The position numbers were made by a program, and so were the translations under genes. The notes under the pieces are model-generated. The model was not told the DNA's origin. It made no database searches and saw only the letters and a list, made by a program, of their open reading frames with translations. A stretch of DNA of 64,000 bases from a virus: IMG/VR virus record IMGVR_UViG_3300044691_000566, positions 64,001 through 128,000 of that record, one strand, 5' to 3'. Shown here in pieces: positions 30,169 through 39,629 of the stretch. Within the stretch, counting starts at the first letter, position 1, and each line of letters begins with the position of its first letter.

Positions 30169-33100
30169 ATGCTCAAGTACGCGAGCGCCCAGATCATGAC
30201 GGCCGTGATGGCCCCGCAGGACGCGGGCCGCCGTGAGCTGCGCCGGTTCAGCCACCGGCACCACTTTTCGTATGAGGTGCGACCCGGGTACCTGTACGTG
30301 CGCTCTCGCGCCATCTCCAGCCGCTGCAACGACAACTTCGACGAATTCCCCGCCGAAGAACTCGAAAAGGGATACCGGACTTTCATCGGCAAGCCGGTCT
30401 TCGTCAATCATTCGAACGAGGACCACCGCCGGGCCCGGGGTGTGATTATCGACGCGGTCCTGCACAAGGACAGCAACCGCGACGGAACGAAAGACTGGTG
30501 GGTCGAAGTCCTCCAGGAGGTCGACGCCCTGCGCTTCCCCCGCCTGGCCGCCGAGATCCTCAACGGCAACATCGCGCGGACTTCGATGGGCACCGACGTG
30601 TCCCACAGCATCTGCTCCGCCTGCGGCAACCGGGCCACCACTCCCGCCGAATACTGCACGCACATTCCGGCATCAAAAGGAATGATGCTCTACCGGACCA
30701 CCGCGTCCGGCCAGAAGGTCGGCGAAGTCATCCGCGAGACCTGCTACGGCCTGAAGTTCTTCGAGAACTCGCTGCTCGTGGAGCCCCCGGCGGATCCGAC
30801 GGCGTATTTCACCGGGGTGGACGACCGGGGCCTGAAGGGCACCGCCATCCAGCGCGACCAGGCATCCCGCGCCGCCGACCCCTTCTTCTATGCCTCCACC
30901 CAGAAGACCGCCGCGCAGGTCCCGGGGCTGTCCTGGGACGAGGTCGGTGAGCGGCACCCCGAGATCTACGGCGACTCGGAGATCCACGGGGAGCGCGCCG
31001 AGGGCGCTGACGGGGAGATGATCGGCTCGGCGGCCAACGACCTGGCCCACTCCACGCCGGACGACCCCGACGCCGAGGCGCACTCGATCCACGACCTGAC
31101 CTTCCACCGCGCGATGATCGACCCGCACGCCATCGACCACAAGCGGAACGGCATCAGCGACGGCCGGGTGGCCTCCGCCATCCAGGGCTACAGGGAGCAC
31201 CCGGAGCAGATGCCGCCGGTCGTGCTCGTGCACCGGCACGGCGTCTTCCAGGTCGCCGACGGCCACCACCGCACCGAGGCCGCCAAGGCTGTGGGAATGA
31301 GCAAGATCCCCGCCTACGTGACCAAGTCGCCCTACCCCCGCACGCCCAGCGGCTGGGATGCCAAGGGCCCCTACCACGGGGCGGAGACGACCCGCTGGAG
31401 CCCGCCGCAGGTCCGGCCCAGGAAGGACCCGGGGCAGACTCCCGAAAGTTCCGGGTACACCCAGGACCGCATGTTCGAGGCCGCGAAGAAGGACCCCCGC
31501 TTCGCCGAAGTCGGCCTGAAGCAGGACGACAAGGGCCACTACGTGACGACGCACCGTGCGCGCTCCGACTCCTACCCGACCCCCGAAGCCATCCCCCAAT
31601 CGGTCGTGGACAAGATCGCCGCCACTGGCTCCCGCACCACCCTGGACGAGCTGATGACCGAGGGCACCAAGCAGGCCGCCCAGCAGTACCCCAACCCAGC
31701 GGACCACCCGTGGTTCAAGGAGGCCGGGCTCAGTCACGAAAACGTCATCCACCACTGGGACCTGGCCTCCCCCGAGGAGAAGGCACAGGGCAAGCGCTGG
31801 TACCCCGACGCGCACCTGGTGGCTCGATCCATTGCCCGACTGGACACCCGCATCAAGACCGACAAGGAGGCCGCCCACAAGGGCGGCGGGGTCCTGAGCG
31901 CGTACAGCCCGCAGCAGAACTGGTGGGCCAACCAGCACAACGCGGCGCGGTCCTTCCACGAGCAGCGGGCCCTGGGCAAGGGCGAAGGCATCATGATCAT
32001 GGCCAGCCACGCCAAGGCGGCCCAGCGGATCATGGACGGCGAAGACAGCCAGAAGGTGCTGAAGGGGCCGAAGACCTCCGACTTCGCATCCCTGATCGAG
32101 CACGGCGGCAACGACGAGCACGGCAACCCCTCGCAGAAAGTCGTCGTCGACCGGCACGCCCTTTCGGTGGCCGCCGGACGCCGCCTGAAGGCCGACGACG
32201 TCAACGGCTTCCCCTCCCAGAGTCGGCACTACTACGAGCACGCCGCCGAGCACTACCGCCGCGCGGCAGCCGTCATCTCCGACCGGGAGGGACGCACCGT
32301 GCCCCCGCACGAGGTCCAGGCCACCACGTGGCTGGTGCGCCAGCGCCTCAACGCCGAACAGGACAGCTCCCCCGGCCAGAAGGGGCGCGACTCCCTCCAG
32401 CGCAAGCACAAGGACGAGTGGCAGGGCCTGACCCATGAGCACGCCCCGGAACTGCACGAGCCGCCCACGAACTCTCATGTGGCCGGGGCCAACGGGGACC
32501 TTCCGGAGGGTCTGCACTTCACTTACCACGGTGGACCGGACTACAAGTACCACGTACTGCGCGCCCACACTCCTGATTACAAGCAGGCCGGGAAGTTGGA
32601 ATGGACGAAGAAGCGTGAAGAGTACTGGGACGAGAAGGGGCCCGCCGACTTCCAGCCCGACAAGCAGTGCGACCACTGCAACATGAACGGTCACGGCGAT
32701 TCCTGGCACGTCAAGCCCGCCGGTCACATCAATTGGATCGGCGTGGTCCCTGAATATCAGCGTCGGGGGGTGGCTTCGGCCATGCTGGATCACGCTGCGG
32801 CCAATTACGACCCGGCTCCGGTGCACACTGCGCACACCACCGACAGCGGCAAGGGCCTCCAGCAGAGCCGAAGTGCCGTCCTGCCGAACGACTCCCAGCG
32901 CCTGCTGGGCCGCAAGCTGGCCTACGGCGAGCAGCGGGCCCCCGAAGACGTCGACACCCTGCGTGAGGACGCCTGCCCGGTGTGCGGCGACCGTGACGCC
33001 TTCAACGGCGCCACATGCCAGGTGTGCGGCTACGTCGCGCCCCCGAAAATGTTCCAGGACCCGGACTTGGAGAAGGCCCGGCAGATGGACCTGCGGAAGG

Positions 33101-33864
33101 ACATCGCAGAGTTCAACGATCCGGCCAGCCCCGACCAGCTCGGACCCGACGGCCAGCCCGTCGCCAACCCGATGGACCCGGCAGCCCTGGACGAGAACGG
33201 CAACCCGGTCAACCCCGACGCTGCGGACCAGCAGGCGCAGCCCGGCACGCTCCCCGGTGAGGTACAGGCCGAGGTGCAGCCGGGCGGTGACCCGATGGGC
33301 GGAGGATCGCCCATGGACCCCGACGCGCTCGGGCAGGACGGCCAGATCCCCGAGGAAATGGGTGCGCCGGTCGATCCGGCCATGCTCGGGCCCGACGGCC
33401 AGCCGCTGCAACAGCCCGGCCAGCAGCAGATGGTCGGACCGGACGGGATGCCCATCGGTCCGCAGGCGCTGCCGCCTGACGCGACCACCAGTGAAGGCCA
33501 GCCGTTCACCCCGGGGCCCGACATGCCCCAGGGACCGGGCCAACCGGCAGGACCCCAAGGCCCGGCCGGGCCCGAGGACCTGGACCAGGACGGACAGATC
33601 CCCAACCCGGACGCGGGCCAGGGAGTCCCCGGAACCCCCGGGGACGGTGTACCGGATCTCCAGTGCCCGGCGTGCGGCTTCACCGTGGACGCCACCGCGC
33701 CGGTCTCGGTGGACATGGACACCTCGATCATGCCGCCGAGCGGACAGGCCACCCCCGACGGCGTCCAGGCGGGCGACGTCTGCCCCAACTGCGGTACCGC
33801 ACAGCTCATCAGCCCCGCCGAGGGGCAGGGCGAAGTACCGCCTCCGATGCCCGCACAGATATGA
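30169..33864 (+). CDS. putative capsid maturation protease fused to ParB-like, HhH-like and GNAT domains
   Basis: FIGKPVFVNH...TSMG...FFENSLLVEPPADPTA; DGHHR; VVVDRHA; YQRRGVASAML. Confidence 0.65.
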   Translation: MLKYASAQIMTAVMAPQDAGRRELRRFSHRHHFSYEVRPGYLYVRSRAISSRCNDNFDEFPAEELEKGYRTFIGKPVFVNHSNEDHRRARGVIIDAVLHKDSNRDGTKDWWVEVLQEVDALRFPRLAAEILNGNIARTSMGTDVSHSICSACGNRATTPAEYCTHIPASKGMMLYRTTASGQKVGEVIRETCYGLKFFENSLLVEPPADPTAYFTGVDDRGLKGTAIQRDQASRAADPFFYASTQKTAAQVPGLSWDEVGERHPEIYGDSEIHGERAEGADGEMIGSAANDLAHSTPDDPDAEAHSIHDLTFHRAMIDPHAIDHKRNGISDGRVASAIQGYREHPEQMPPVVLVHRHGVFQVADGHHRTEAAKAVGMSKIPAYVTKSPYPRTPSGWDAKGPYHGAETTRWSPPQVRPRKDPGQTPESSGYTQDRMFEAAKKDPRFAEVGLKQDDKGHYVTTHRARSDSYPTPEAIPQSVVDKIAATGSRTTLDELMTEGTKQAAQQYPNPADHPWFKEAGLSHENVIHHWDLASPEEKAQGKRWYPDAHLVARSIARLDTRIKTDKEAAHKGGGVLSAYSPQQNWWANQHNAARSFHEQRALGKGEGIMIMASHAKAAQRIMDGEDSQKVLKGPKTSDFASLIEHGGNDEHGNPSQKVVVDRHALSVAAGRRLKADDVNGFPSQSRHYYEHAAEHYRRAAAVISDREGRTVPPHEVQATTWLVRQRLNAEQDSSPGQKGRDSLQRKHKDEWQGLTHEHAPELHEPPTNSHVAGANGDLPEGLHFTYHGGPDYKYHVLRAHTPDYKQAGKLEWTKKREEYWDEKGPADFQPDKQCDHCNMNGHGDSWHVKPAGHINWIGVVPEYQRRGVASAMLDHAAANYDPAPVHTAHTTDSGKGLQQSRSAVLPNDSQRLLGRKLAYGEQRAPEDVDTLREDACPVCGDRDAFNGATCQVCGYVAPPKMFQDPDLEKARQMDLRKDIAEFNDPASPDQLGPDGQPVANPMDPAALDENGNPVNPDAADQQAQPGTLPGEVQAEVQPGGDPMGGGSPMDPDALGQDGQIPEEMGAPVDPAMLGPDGQPLQQPGQQQMVGPDGMPIGPQALPPDATTSEGQPFTPGPDMPQGPGQPAGPQGPAGPEDLDQDGQIPNPDAGQGVPGTPGDGVPDLQCPACGFTVDATAPVSVDMDTSIMPPSGQATPDGVQAGDVCPNCGTAQLISPAEGQGEVPPPMPAQI

Positions 33865-33872
33865 GGAGAGGC

Positions 33873-34106
33873 ATGCCCAGGCCGATCGACGCAGAGCTGA
33901 ACAGCTCACCGTTCCGCATCAACTTCGAGGTCACCCTCGCCGACGGCACCAGCGTGGCGTCCCGGGGCTTCATCCCGGAGGAGAGCTGGAACGCCCTGAA
34001 CGACGAGCAGCGTCTCGCCGAGGTGAGGGCCGGTCTGGAGGCCACCACGGCGGCCATCTTCGCTCTGGTCGAGAAGCACGGCTTCCCGGACGTGACCGTC
34101 GGATGA
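33873..34106 (+). CDS. small hypothetical protein
   Basis: GAGGAG RBS. Confidence 0.5.
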   Translation: MPRPIDAELNSSPFRINFEVTLADGTSVASRGFIPEESWNALNDEQRLAEVRAGLEATTAAIFALVEKHGFPDVTVG

Positions 34107-34321
34107 GCGGCGACATGGCGACCACGGCCGTGATTACGGTCGAAGGCATCGAGTACTACCCGTGGGACGTCTGCGGTGCCCCCGACGGCTGCGTGATGGG
34201 CCGCGAGCGGGGCTACGTCAAGAACGGCGTGATTCACGTGCGGGCGGACATTCAGCCGCCCGCCGAAGGCTGGGGCGAGCACATCTGTTCGGGCACCTGC
34301 TCTCGTCCTGTCCTGGTGTGA
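34103..34321 (+). CDS. small hypothetical protein
   Basis: ATGA overlap. Confidence 0.45.
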   Translation: MSGDMATTAVITVEGIEYYPWDVCGAPDGCVMGRERGYVKNGVIHVRADIQPPAEGWGEHICSGTCSRPVLV

Positions 34322-34392
34322 CCCAGGCCCCGTAAGGGGTGAAGACCACCGCCCACGGCCTCCGTGAGCCCGCATCCGAGGAAGTACATCTC

Positions 34393-35313
34393 ATGGCATC
34401 TGGTAACCGCCCGCTCATGCAGGCCATGGCGTCCCAGCAGAAGACGCTGGAGGCCACCCGCCAGCACATGGCCAGGGTCACTGCCCGCAACGCCGAACTG
34501 GAGCGTCAGTTCGCCATCCAGGGCCTCCAGCTCGCGTACGTGGCGCGGCTGGCGGGGGTGACGAAGGAGGTCGAGGCGATCAAGCGCCAGGCCGACATCG
34601 ACAACCCGGCGCAGCCCGTGCCCAACCCGCCCTCGGAGGCCCCGGTGGAGACCACCGAGCAGGCCGCCACCCCGGAGGCGTACGACAACCCCAACCAGAT
34701 CGGGCAGACCCCCGGAGCCAACCAGGGCGTCGCGGCCGAGACCACCGCCACGCCGATGGACCCGGGCGTGACCCTGCCGACCGCGCCGTACAACCAGCTC
34801 CTCAACGTCTCCGCCCCGGTGGCCGGAACCGAGACCCACACCCCGCCGGACACCACGCGCATCGAGACCGACGTCCGCGTGGGCGACCCGATGAACCCGG
34901 AGACGGCCTACCCGCTCAACCCGGCGTTCGGGCCGTCCGCGCAGCAGGGCACCACCCCGCCGCGTGACGGGGAGATGAGCCAGACCGGTTCCCGCAACCG
35001 GACCCTGGCCTCCATGCGCCTGGCCCGTCACCGGATCACCGCCGGTCTGGTCCGGGGTGACGAGTTCGCGGTGGCCGCCTCCATCGAGGGCGACCAGAAC
35101 CTGAGCGACGCGATGATCCGCCACGAGATCGCCACCCTGTCGCAGGTGACCAAGGCCGCCGCGCGGCAGGCCCGGCCGCAGGGCCTGGTGCCGCGCTCGG
35201 CTTCCGGTGTGCAGCGCACCACGCCGTCCCTGGTGACGCAGCCCGCCCCCATCACGTCGGTGGCGGGGTCCGTGGGCGCCTACGACGAGGACGCCGAGAG
35301 CCTTTTCGACTAG
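34393..35313 (+). CDS. putative scaffolding protein
   Basis: coiled coil + Pro/Thr-rich linker, upstream of capsid genes, after late motif. Confidence 0.55.
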   Translation: MASGNRPLMQAMASQQKTLEATRQHMARVTARNAELERQFAIQGLQLAYVARLAGVTKEVEAIKRQADIDNPAQPVPNPPSEAPVETTEQAATPEAYDNPNQIGQTPGANQGVAAETTATPMDPGVTLPTAPYNQLLNVSAPVAGTETHTPPDTTRIETDVRVGDPMNPETAYPLNPAFGPSAQQGTTPPRDGEMSQTGSRNRTLASMRLARHRITAGLVRGDEFAVAASIEGDQNLSDAMIRHEIATLSQVTKAAARQARPQGLVPRSASGVQRTTPSLVTQPAPITSVAGSVGAYDEDAESLFD

Positions 35314-35329
35314 GGTCTCTCCTCGGATC

Positions 35330-35363
35330 GCAGCCCCCTCACAGCGCTATGGGAGGGGGCTGC
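35330..35363 (+). terminator. hairpin terminator
   Basis: GCAGCCCCCTC/GAGGGGGCTGC. Confidence 0.55.
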
Positions 35364-35493
35364 GGCATGTTTTCAGGCCCTTGATCCTGTCTTCCCCGGC
35401 CCGAGCCCTCGAAAGGGGTGAGAAGGGCCTGTCTCGTATCGGACATCGAGCAGACGGCCCATATGTCCGAATAGACGAGATGGGAGGGAAAGC

Positions 35494-36018
35494 ATGCTCC
35501 GTACCCGTATGGCGACTTCGTACATCAAGCGTACGATTCGACCGCTTTATGGTTGGACGCAGGCGACGCCCGCTTCCTGCTTCCTGGACGCAGCTTGGGA
35601 CCGTTCCGTCCCGATCTGGCCTGGAATGGTGTTCATGAAGACCGCCGGGGAGAACGTGTCCCTGATAGGCGCGACCAGCAGCATCCCCTACGGCCTGGGC
35701 GCCCTGTACGTCGGCGGCGACGGCATCGACGAGCCGCTGGACTCGGGCATCAACACCTTCTCGGTGTGGAAGCTCGCCCCCGACGCCGAGTTCGAGATCC
35801 TCGCCCCCGCCTTCGACACCACTCAGGCGTGGGTCGAGCCGGGCGACGGCACCGAACAGCTCATCTACGGTGCCGCCACCGGCACCGGTCGTGGCAAGCT
35901 CGCGCTCGCCACCAACGGGTCGGTCGTGACTGCGCTCACCGTGCAGCCGGTCGCCCGCCTCCTGAAGGTCAACTCCGCGACGAAGATCACCATCGGTGGA
36001 CTTCGTCAGAAGTACTAG
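35494..36018 (+). CDS. putative capsid decoration/minor head protein
   Basis: immediately upstream of MCP; beta-rich. Confidence 0.6.
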   Translation: MLRTRMATSYIKRTIRPLYGWTQATPASCFLDAAWDRSVPIWPGMVFMKTAGENVSLIGATSSIPYGLGALYVGGDGIDEPLDSGINTFSVWKLAPDAEFEILAPAFDTTQAWVEPGDGTEQLIYGAATGTGRGKLALATNGSVVTALTVQPVARLLKVNSATKITIGGLRQKY

Positions 36019-36031
36019 GAGCTGACTGACG

Positions 36032-37021
36032 ATGACGACTCAGACTCTCGCCGCCACCTCGTCCCTGCGCGGCCGTATCGCGCGCAAGTCCGACGACTAC
36101 GCCAACGCCATCATGGAGCGCCGCAAGAGCAACGCGCCGCTCACCCATGAGGCCAAGGTCAAGAAGATGGCGTTGATCCTCTCCGACGAGACCAGCGGCA
36201 TCCGCCGCCTGGGCGTCGGGATGGTCGGCCCCATCCAGCTCAAGCTGCGCTACCAGGGCATCACCAGGAACGTGCTGGTGGAGGACCCGGTTACCCCGGG
36301 TACCCCCGTCGAGTACGACGTCTGGGATGATCTTGGTCAGGCGTACATCATGTCCGGCACCGAGGGCGAAGTCCGTGTGACTCCGTTCGAGGGCAAGCGC
36401 GTTCCGGTGCGGTTCTTCCGTATCGCCTCGCGCCCGGCCATCCGCAAGGAGGACCTGTTCTACCTGCGTATCAACGCAGTTGAGCAGGCCCAGGACGAGA
36501 CCAAGCAGGCCATCCTCAAGCAGGAGGACACCCGCCTGCTCGTCCTGCTCCAGGCGGCGCTGACCGACTACGCCACCCGGCCGGACCACACGGTCACCCC
36601 GAACCACAACATCACCGAGGCGTCGGGCTACCTGACGCCGGGCTCGCTGTACTCGGCCGTCGCCATGACGGACATGCACGAGTTGCAGAGTGCCAGGATC
36701 TTGATCAACCCGTTCGACTTCCGGGACCTCTACCGCTGGGACATCAACCAGACCGGCTGGGCGTTCAAGGACCGGGTCGTCGCGGGCGAGACGATCACCT
36801 CGTTCGGCGAGTTCCAGATCCAGCGGTCGATCATCGTGCCGCAGGGCAAGGTCTTCCTCACCCCGGAGCCCAACTTCTTGGGCGTTTTCCCCGTTTTGTA
36901 CTCCTTGGACGTCGAGGAGAACCACATGGTGGAGGCGTTCTGGAAGGGCTGGGTGTTCGACGAGATGGTGAACATGACCATTTTGAACGCAAGGGGAATT
37001 GCCACGATTACCAAGGCTTAG
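36032..37021 (+). CDS. major capsid protein
   Basis: 329 aa; PIQLKLRYQGITR...EGKRVPVRFFRIAS...AILKQED resembles Bxz1-type MCP; synteny. Confidence 0.8.
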   Translation: MTTQTLAATSSLRGRIARKSDDYANAIMERRKSNAPLTHEAKVKKMALILSDETSGIRRLGVGMVGPIQLKLRYQGITRNVLVEDPVTPGTPVEYDVWDDLGQAYIMSGTEGEVRVTPFEGKRVPVRFFRIASRPAIRKEDLFYLRINAVEQAQDETKQAILKQEDTRLLVLLQAALTDYATRPDHTVTPNHNITEASGYLTPGSLYSAVAMTDMHELQSARILINPFDFRDLYRWDINQTGWAFKDRVVAGETITSFGEFQIQRSIIVPQGKVFLTPEPNFLGVFPVLYSLDVEENHMVEAFWKGWVFDEMVNMTILNARGIATITKA

Positions 37022-37036
37022 TCCCTGGTGTCCGGT

Positions 37037-37573
37037 TTAGCCCAAGTGGCCCCACCGGGCACCAGTGACGAGTCGGGAGATCGCGCCCTGGCCAACCCCG
37101 TAGACGGCGGCGAGAGCCCTCTGGCTTTCGCCGCCGTCGGCGTATCTGCGGCGTATCTCCAGAACCTGCCACTCCTCCAGCTTGGCGGCAGCGTTGCCTG
37201 ACCCTCGTGAAGAGGTGCCGTGCAGGATCTTGTCAGCTTCGTTCTCCCCAGAAGTGCCCCAGACGAGGTTCTCCTGCCGGTTGTCCGTAGAGTCACCGTT
37301 CAGGTGGCGCCCCTCCTGGCCCGGCTCCGGAAGACCCACAAAGGCCCCCAGGACGAGCTGGTGGACCAGGCGCTGGGCTCGGACACCGTCGATCGACATC
37401 ATGATGTTCAGGTAGCCCCCGCCGTGACGGCCGGGCTTGAGTATGCGGCCCTGGACGTAGTGCCGCCGGGTCTGGCGCGACAGACTGCGCACGCGGCCAA
37501 GCGACGACACCTCGTAGAACTCATCGAACTCCGGTATGGGGACCGGCTTCCACTCTTCAGTCATGCGAGGCAT
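37037..37573 (-). CDS. NUMOD4-HNH homing endonuclease
   Basis: EEWKPV...YEVSSLGRVRS, VHQLVLGAF, RHLNGDSTDNRQENLVWGT. Confidence 0.9.
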   Translation of the reverse strand: MPRMTEEWKPVPIPEFDEFYEVSSLGRVRSLSRQTRRHYVQGRILKPGRHGGGYLNIMMSIDGVRAQRLVHQLVLGAFVGLPEPGQEGRHLNGDSTDNRQENLVWGTSGENEADKILHGTSSRGSGNAAAKLEEWQVLEIRRRYADGGESQRALAAVYGVGQGAISRLVTGARWGHLG

Positions 37574-37609
37574 CTTGTAGTACAGGACTTGACATCGTCA
37601 ACTCCAAAC

Positions 37610-38182
37610 GAAGGCCCCCGGATTTAAAAATCCGGGGGCCGTTCCCCTGCCCAGCCATGCCACGCCCAGCCAAACCCCACCGTGCCGGGCCATACCATGA
37701 GGCCCTGACTCTATCATCTCCAACGACTGAGGGGCTCCCCGTAGGAAGCCCCTCCCATGCCTTGCCACGCCGAACCGGGCCCTGCCTTGCCCTGCCAGGG
37801 CATGCCAGGGCCTTGACCCTGTCATCTCCAATGGCACCTGTCAAACGACTGAGGGCGCCACCCCGAAGGATGACGCCCTCCCATGCCCCGCCTGGCCCTG
37901 CCAGACCTCGCCACGCCGAGCCTCGCCCAGCCCCGCAAGACCTGACTCTGTCATCCCTGCCCGCATCTGTCAAAGCTGAGGGCGATCACCCGTAGATGAT
38001 CGCCCTCCCATGCCCTGCCCGGCCAAGCCGAGCCGCGCCATGCCTAGCCCTGCAAGACCTGACTCTATCAGCCCCAATGACGAAGGGGCCCGAAGGACCC
38101 CTTCTCCCTGCCCTGCCCGGCCTAGCCCCACCGCGCCAGACCTTGCCCAGCCGTGCCTAGCCACGCGGCCCTGACTCTATCA
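37610..38182 (-). ncRNA. array of five GGY-NN repeat small RNA units (D1-D5)
   Basis: units 37610-37716, 37729-37824, 37851-37953, 37978-38070, 38082-38182; each -10 box + 8-11 pentamers + hairpin. Confidence 0.85.
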
Positions 38183-38494
38183 GGACTTCTCCGGCGTCGG
38201 CTTGGGCGTGTGGATGCCGGTCTTCCGGACCCACCCGGCCTCGAAATCCTCCACCTGGTCCTTCGTCCACATGCGGCCCATGCGCAGCACCCGCCAGGGC
38301 TGGCCCAGGCGCCCGGTGGCCAGCTCGTCGGCCCGCTGCTTGGTCACGCCCCAGCGGTCGGCCAGCTCGGCGAGCCCGAAGACCTGCATGTCCTCCAGGA
38401 GTTCCGCCACCCGCTGGAGGACCACGTCCTCGGCCTGCTCGCTCAGGTGGTCGTCGAAGGTGGGGGTACCCGGGAGTTCACGCTGATCGTTCAT
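38180..38494 (-). CDS. small HTH DNA-binding protein
   Basis: GLAELADRWGVTKQRADEL HTH; stop codon is the TGA of unit D5 promoter. Confidence 0.65.
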   Translation of the reverse strand: MNDQRELPGTPTFDDHLSEQAEDVVLQRVAELLEDMQVFGLAELADRWGVTKQRADELATGRLGQPWRVLRMGRMWTKDQVEDFEAGWVRKTGIHTPKPTPEKS

Positions 38495-38707
38495 ACGTCC
38501 AGTGGAACACATACGCCTTGACATCGTCTACCCCATCGTGCCACGCTCCATCTGCACGAGAGGGCCTTGCTCCGCCCCCACGGACCCCGGTCCGTGGCCC
38601 CTCGTCGCCGAAAGACCCCGGCTCGGACCCCCTGGCCGGGGTCTTTCCTGTTGGACCGGCAGCGACTCCGCGTAAGGGACGAGAACCCCTCACGAACGGA
38701 GACCCCC

Positions 38708-39247
38708 ATGCCTGTCGGCGGAACGATCGTCGCGCGCAACCGGATGGACAGCATCACCGTCCTCGCCTCGGACATCAAGGGCACCCACTCGGTGGAGTGG
38801 GCCGCCTACAAGGACCCTTCCGGAGATGACATTCAGTTCATCCCCGAGGAGGTCCTGGCCTCCGTCGCCTTCAAGAAGGCCCTCGCCAGGGGCGTCGTGG
38901 AGCTGCTGGAGGACGAGTCCGACCCCGAGGTGGTGCTGGCCCTGGGCAAGCAGGTCGACGCGTTCAAGCGCCGCCAGGAGGGCGCCAAGGAGACCGCCGA
39001 GGCGCTGATCGAGAAGCCGACCACCCGGGACACCGTCCGCGCCTTCTGCGTCGGACCGGACACCCGGGGCACCGGTACCTGCGAGGAGGCGGTGGCCATC
39101 TCGGAGAAGCTCCTCAAGGACGTGCCGCCCCTCTGCACCCGTCACCAGAACCTCGCGCACCAGTACGTGCCCGAGGTCGACACCAAGGGCGACGAGACCA
39201 AGACGAAGTGGGTCCGGGTCATCATCGGGTCCCGCGAGCGTGACTGA
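38708..39247 (+). CDS. hypothetical virion-module protein
   Basis: after late-motif variant at 38649. Confidence 0.6.
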   Translation: MPVGGTIVARNRMDSITVLASDIKGTHSVEWAAYKDPSGDDIQFIPEEVLASVAFKKALARGVVELLEDESDPEVVLALGKQVDAFKRRQEGAKETAEALIEKPTTRDTVRAFCVGPDTRGTGTCEEAVAISEKLLKDVPPLCTRHQNLAHQYVPEVDTKGDETKTKWVRVIIGSRERD

Positions 39248-39260
39248 GAAGGGCGGACAG

Positions 39261-39605
39261 ATGACCGAGCAGGAGACCGGCCAGGTCCCCGAAGCCGTGG
39301 AGGACGACACCCCCGTGGCCTCCACGCACGTCCCGGACCCGACCGCCATGTCCGGCACCCTGGAGACCTCCGGGACCGGTGGGGGCCGCAACGAGCGCAT
39401 CACCGGCACCACCAACATCTTCGGCCGGATCGAGCGGGACATCGTCGCGGTGCGCAACGTCGTCCTCAAGGACGGCGAACGCGTCGTGGAGACGGTCGAG
39501 CACGTCCTGCGCAAGGAGCCCGACCCGCAGGAGGACGCCGGGAAGGCGACGGCGGCCGACGGCAAGCAGGCCGGGAAGACCACCCCGGCCGCCAAGAAGA
39601 AGTAG
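39261..39605 (+). CDS. hypothetical protein
   Basis: operon packing; shares SGTLE(T/S) with next gene. Confidence 0.55.
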   Translation: MTEQETGQVPEAVEDDTPVASTHVPDPTAMSGTLETSGTGGGRNERITGTTNIFGRIERDIVAVRNVVLKDGERVVETVEHVLRKEPDPQEDAGKATAADGKQAGKTTPAAKKK

Positions 39606-39629
39606 CCGAGCAGAGAGAGAGCAGCACCC

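Noticed and set aside
20721-33909. Very long minus-strand ORFs (20721..25844, 30673..33909; likewise 8829..11003, 55225..57765)
   Set aside because: Antisense shadows of high-GC3 + strand genes with no recognisable motifs.
37557-38164. ORFs translated across pentamer units (e.g. 37557..37973, 37657..37995, also 43662..43961 and 43702..43932)
   Set aside because: Low-complexity AWRG/PCPA products are by-products of the 5-nt repeat; no RBS or codon bias.
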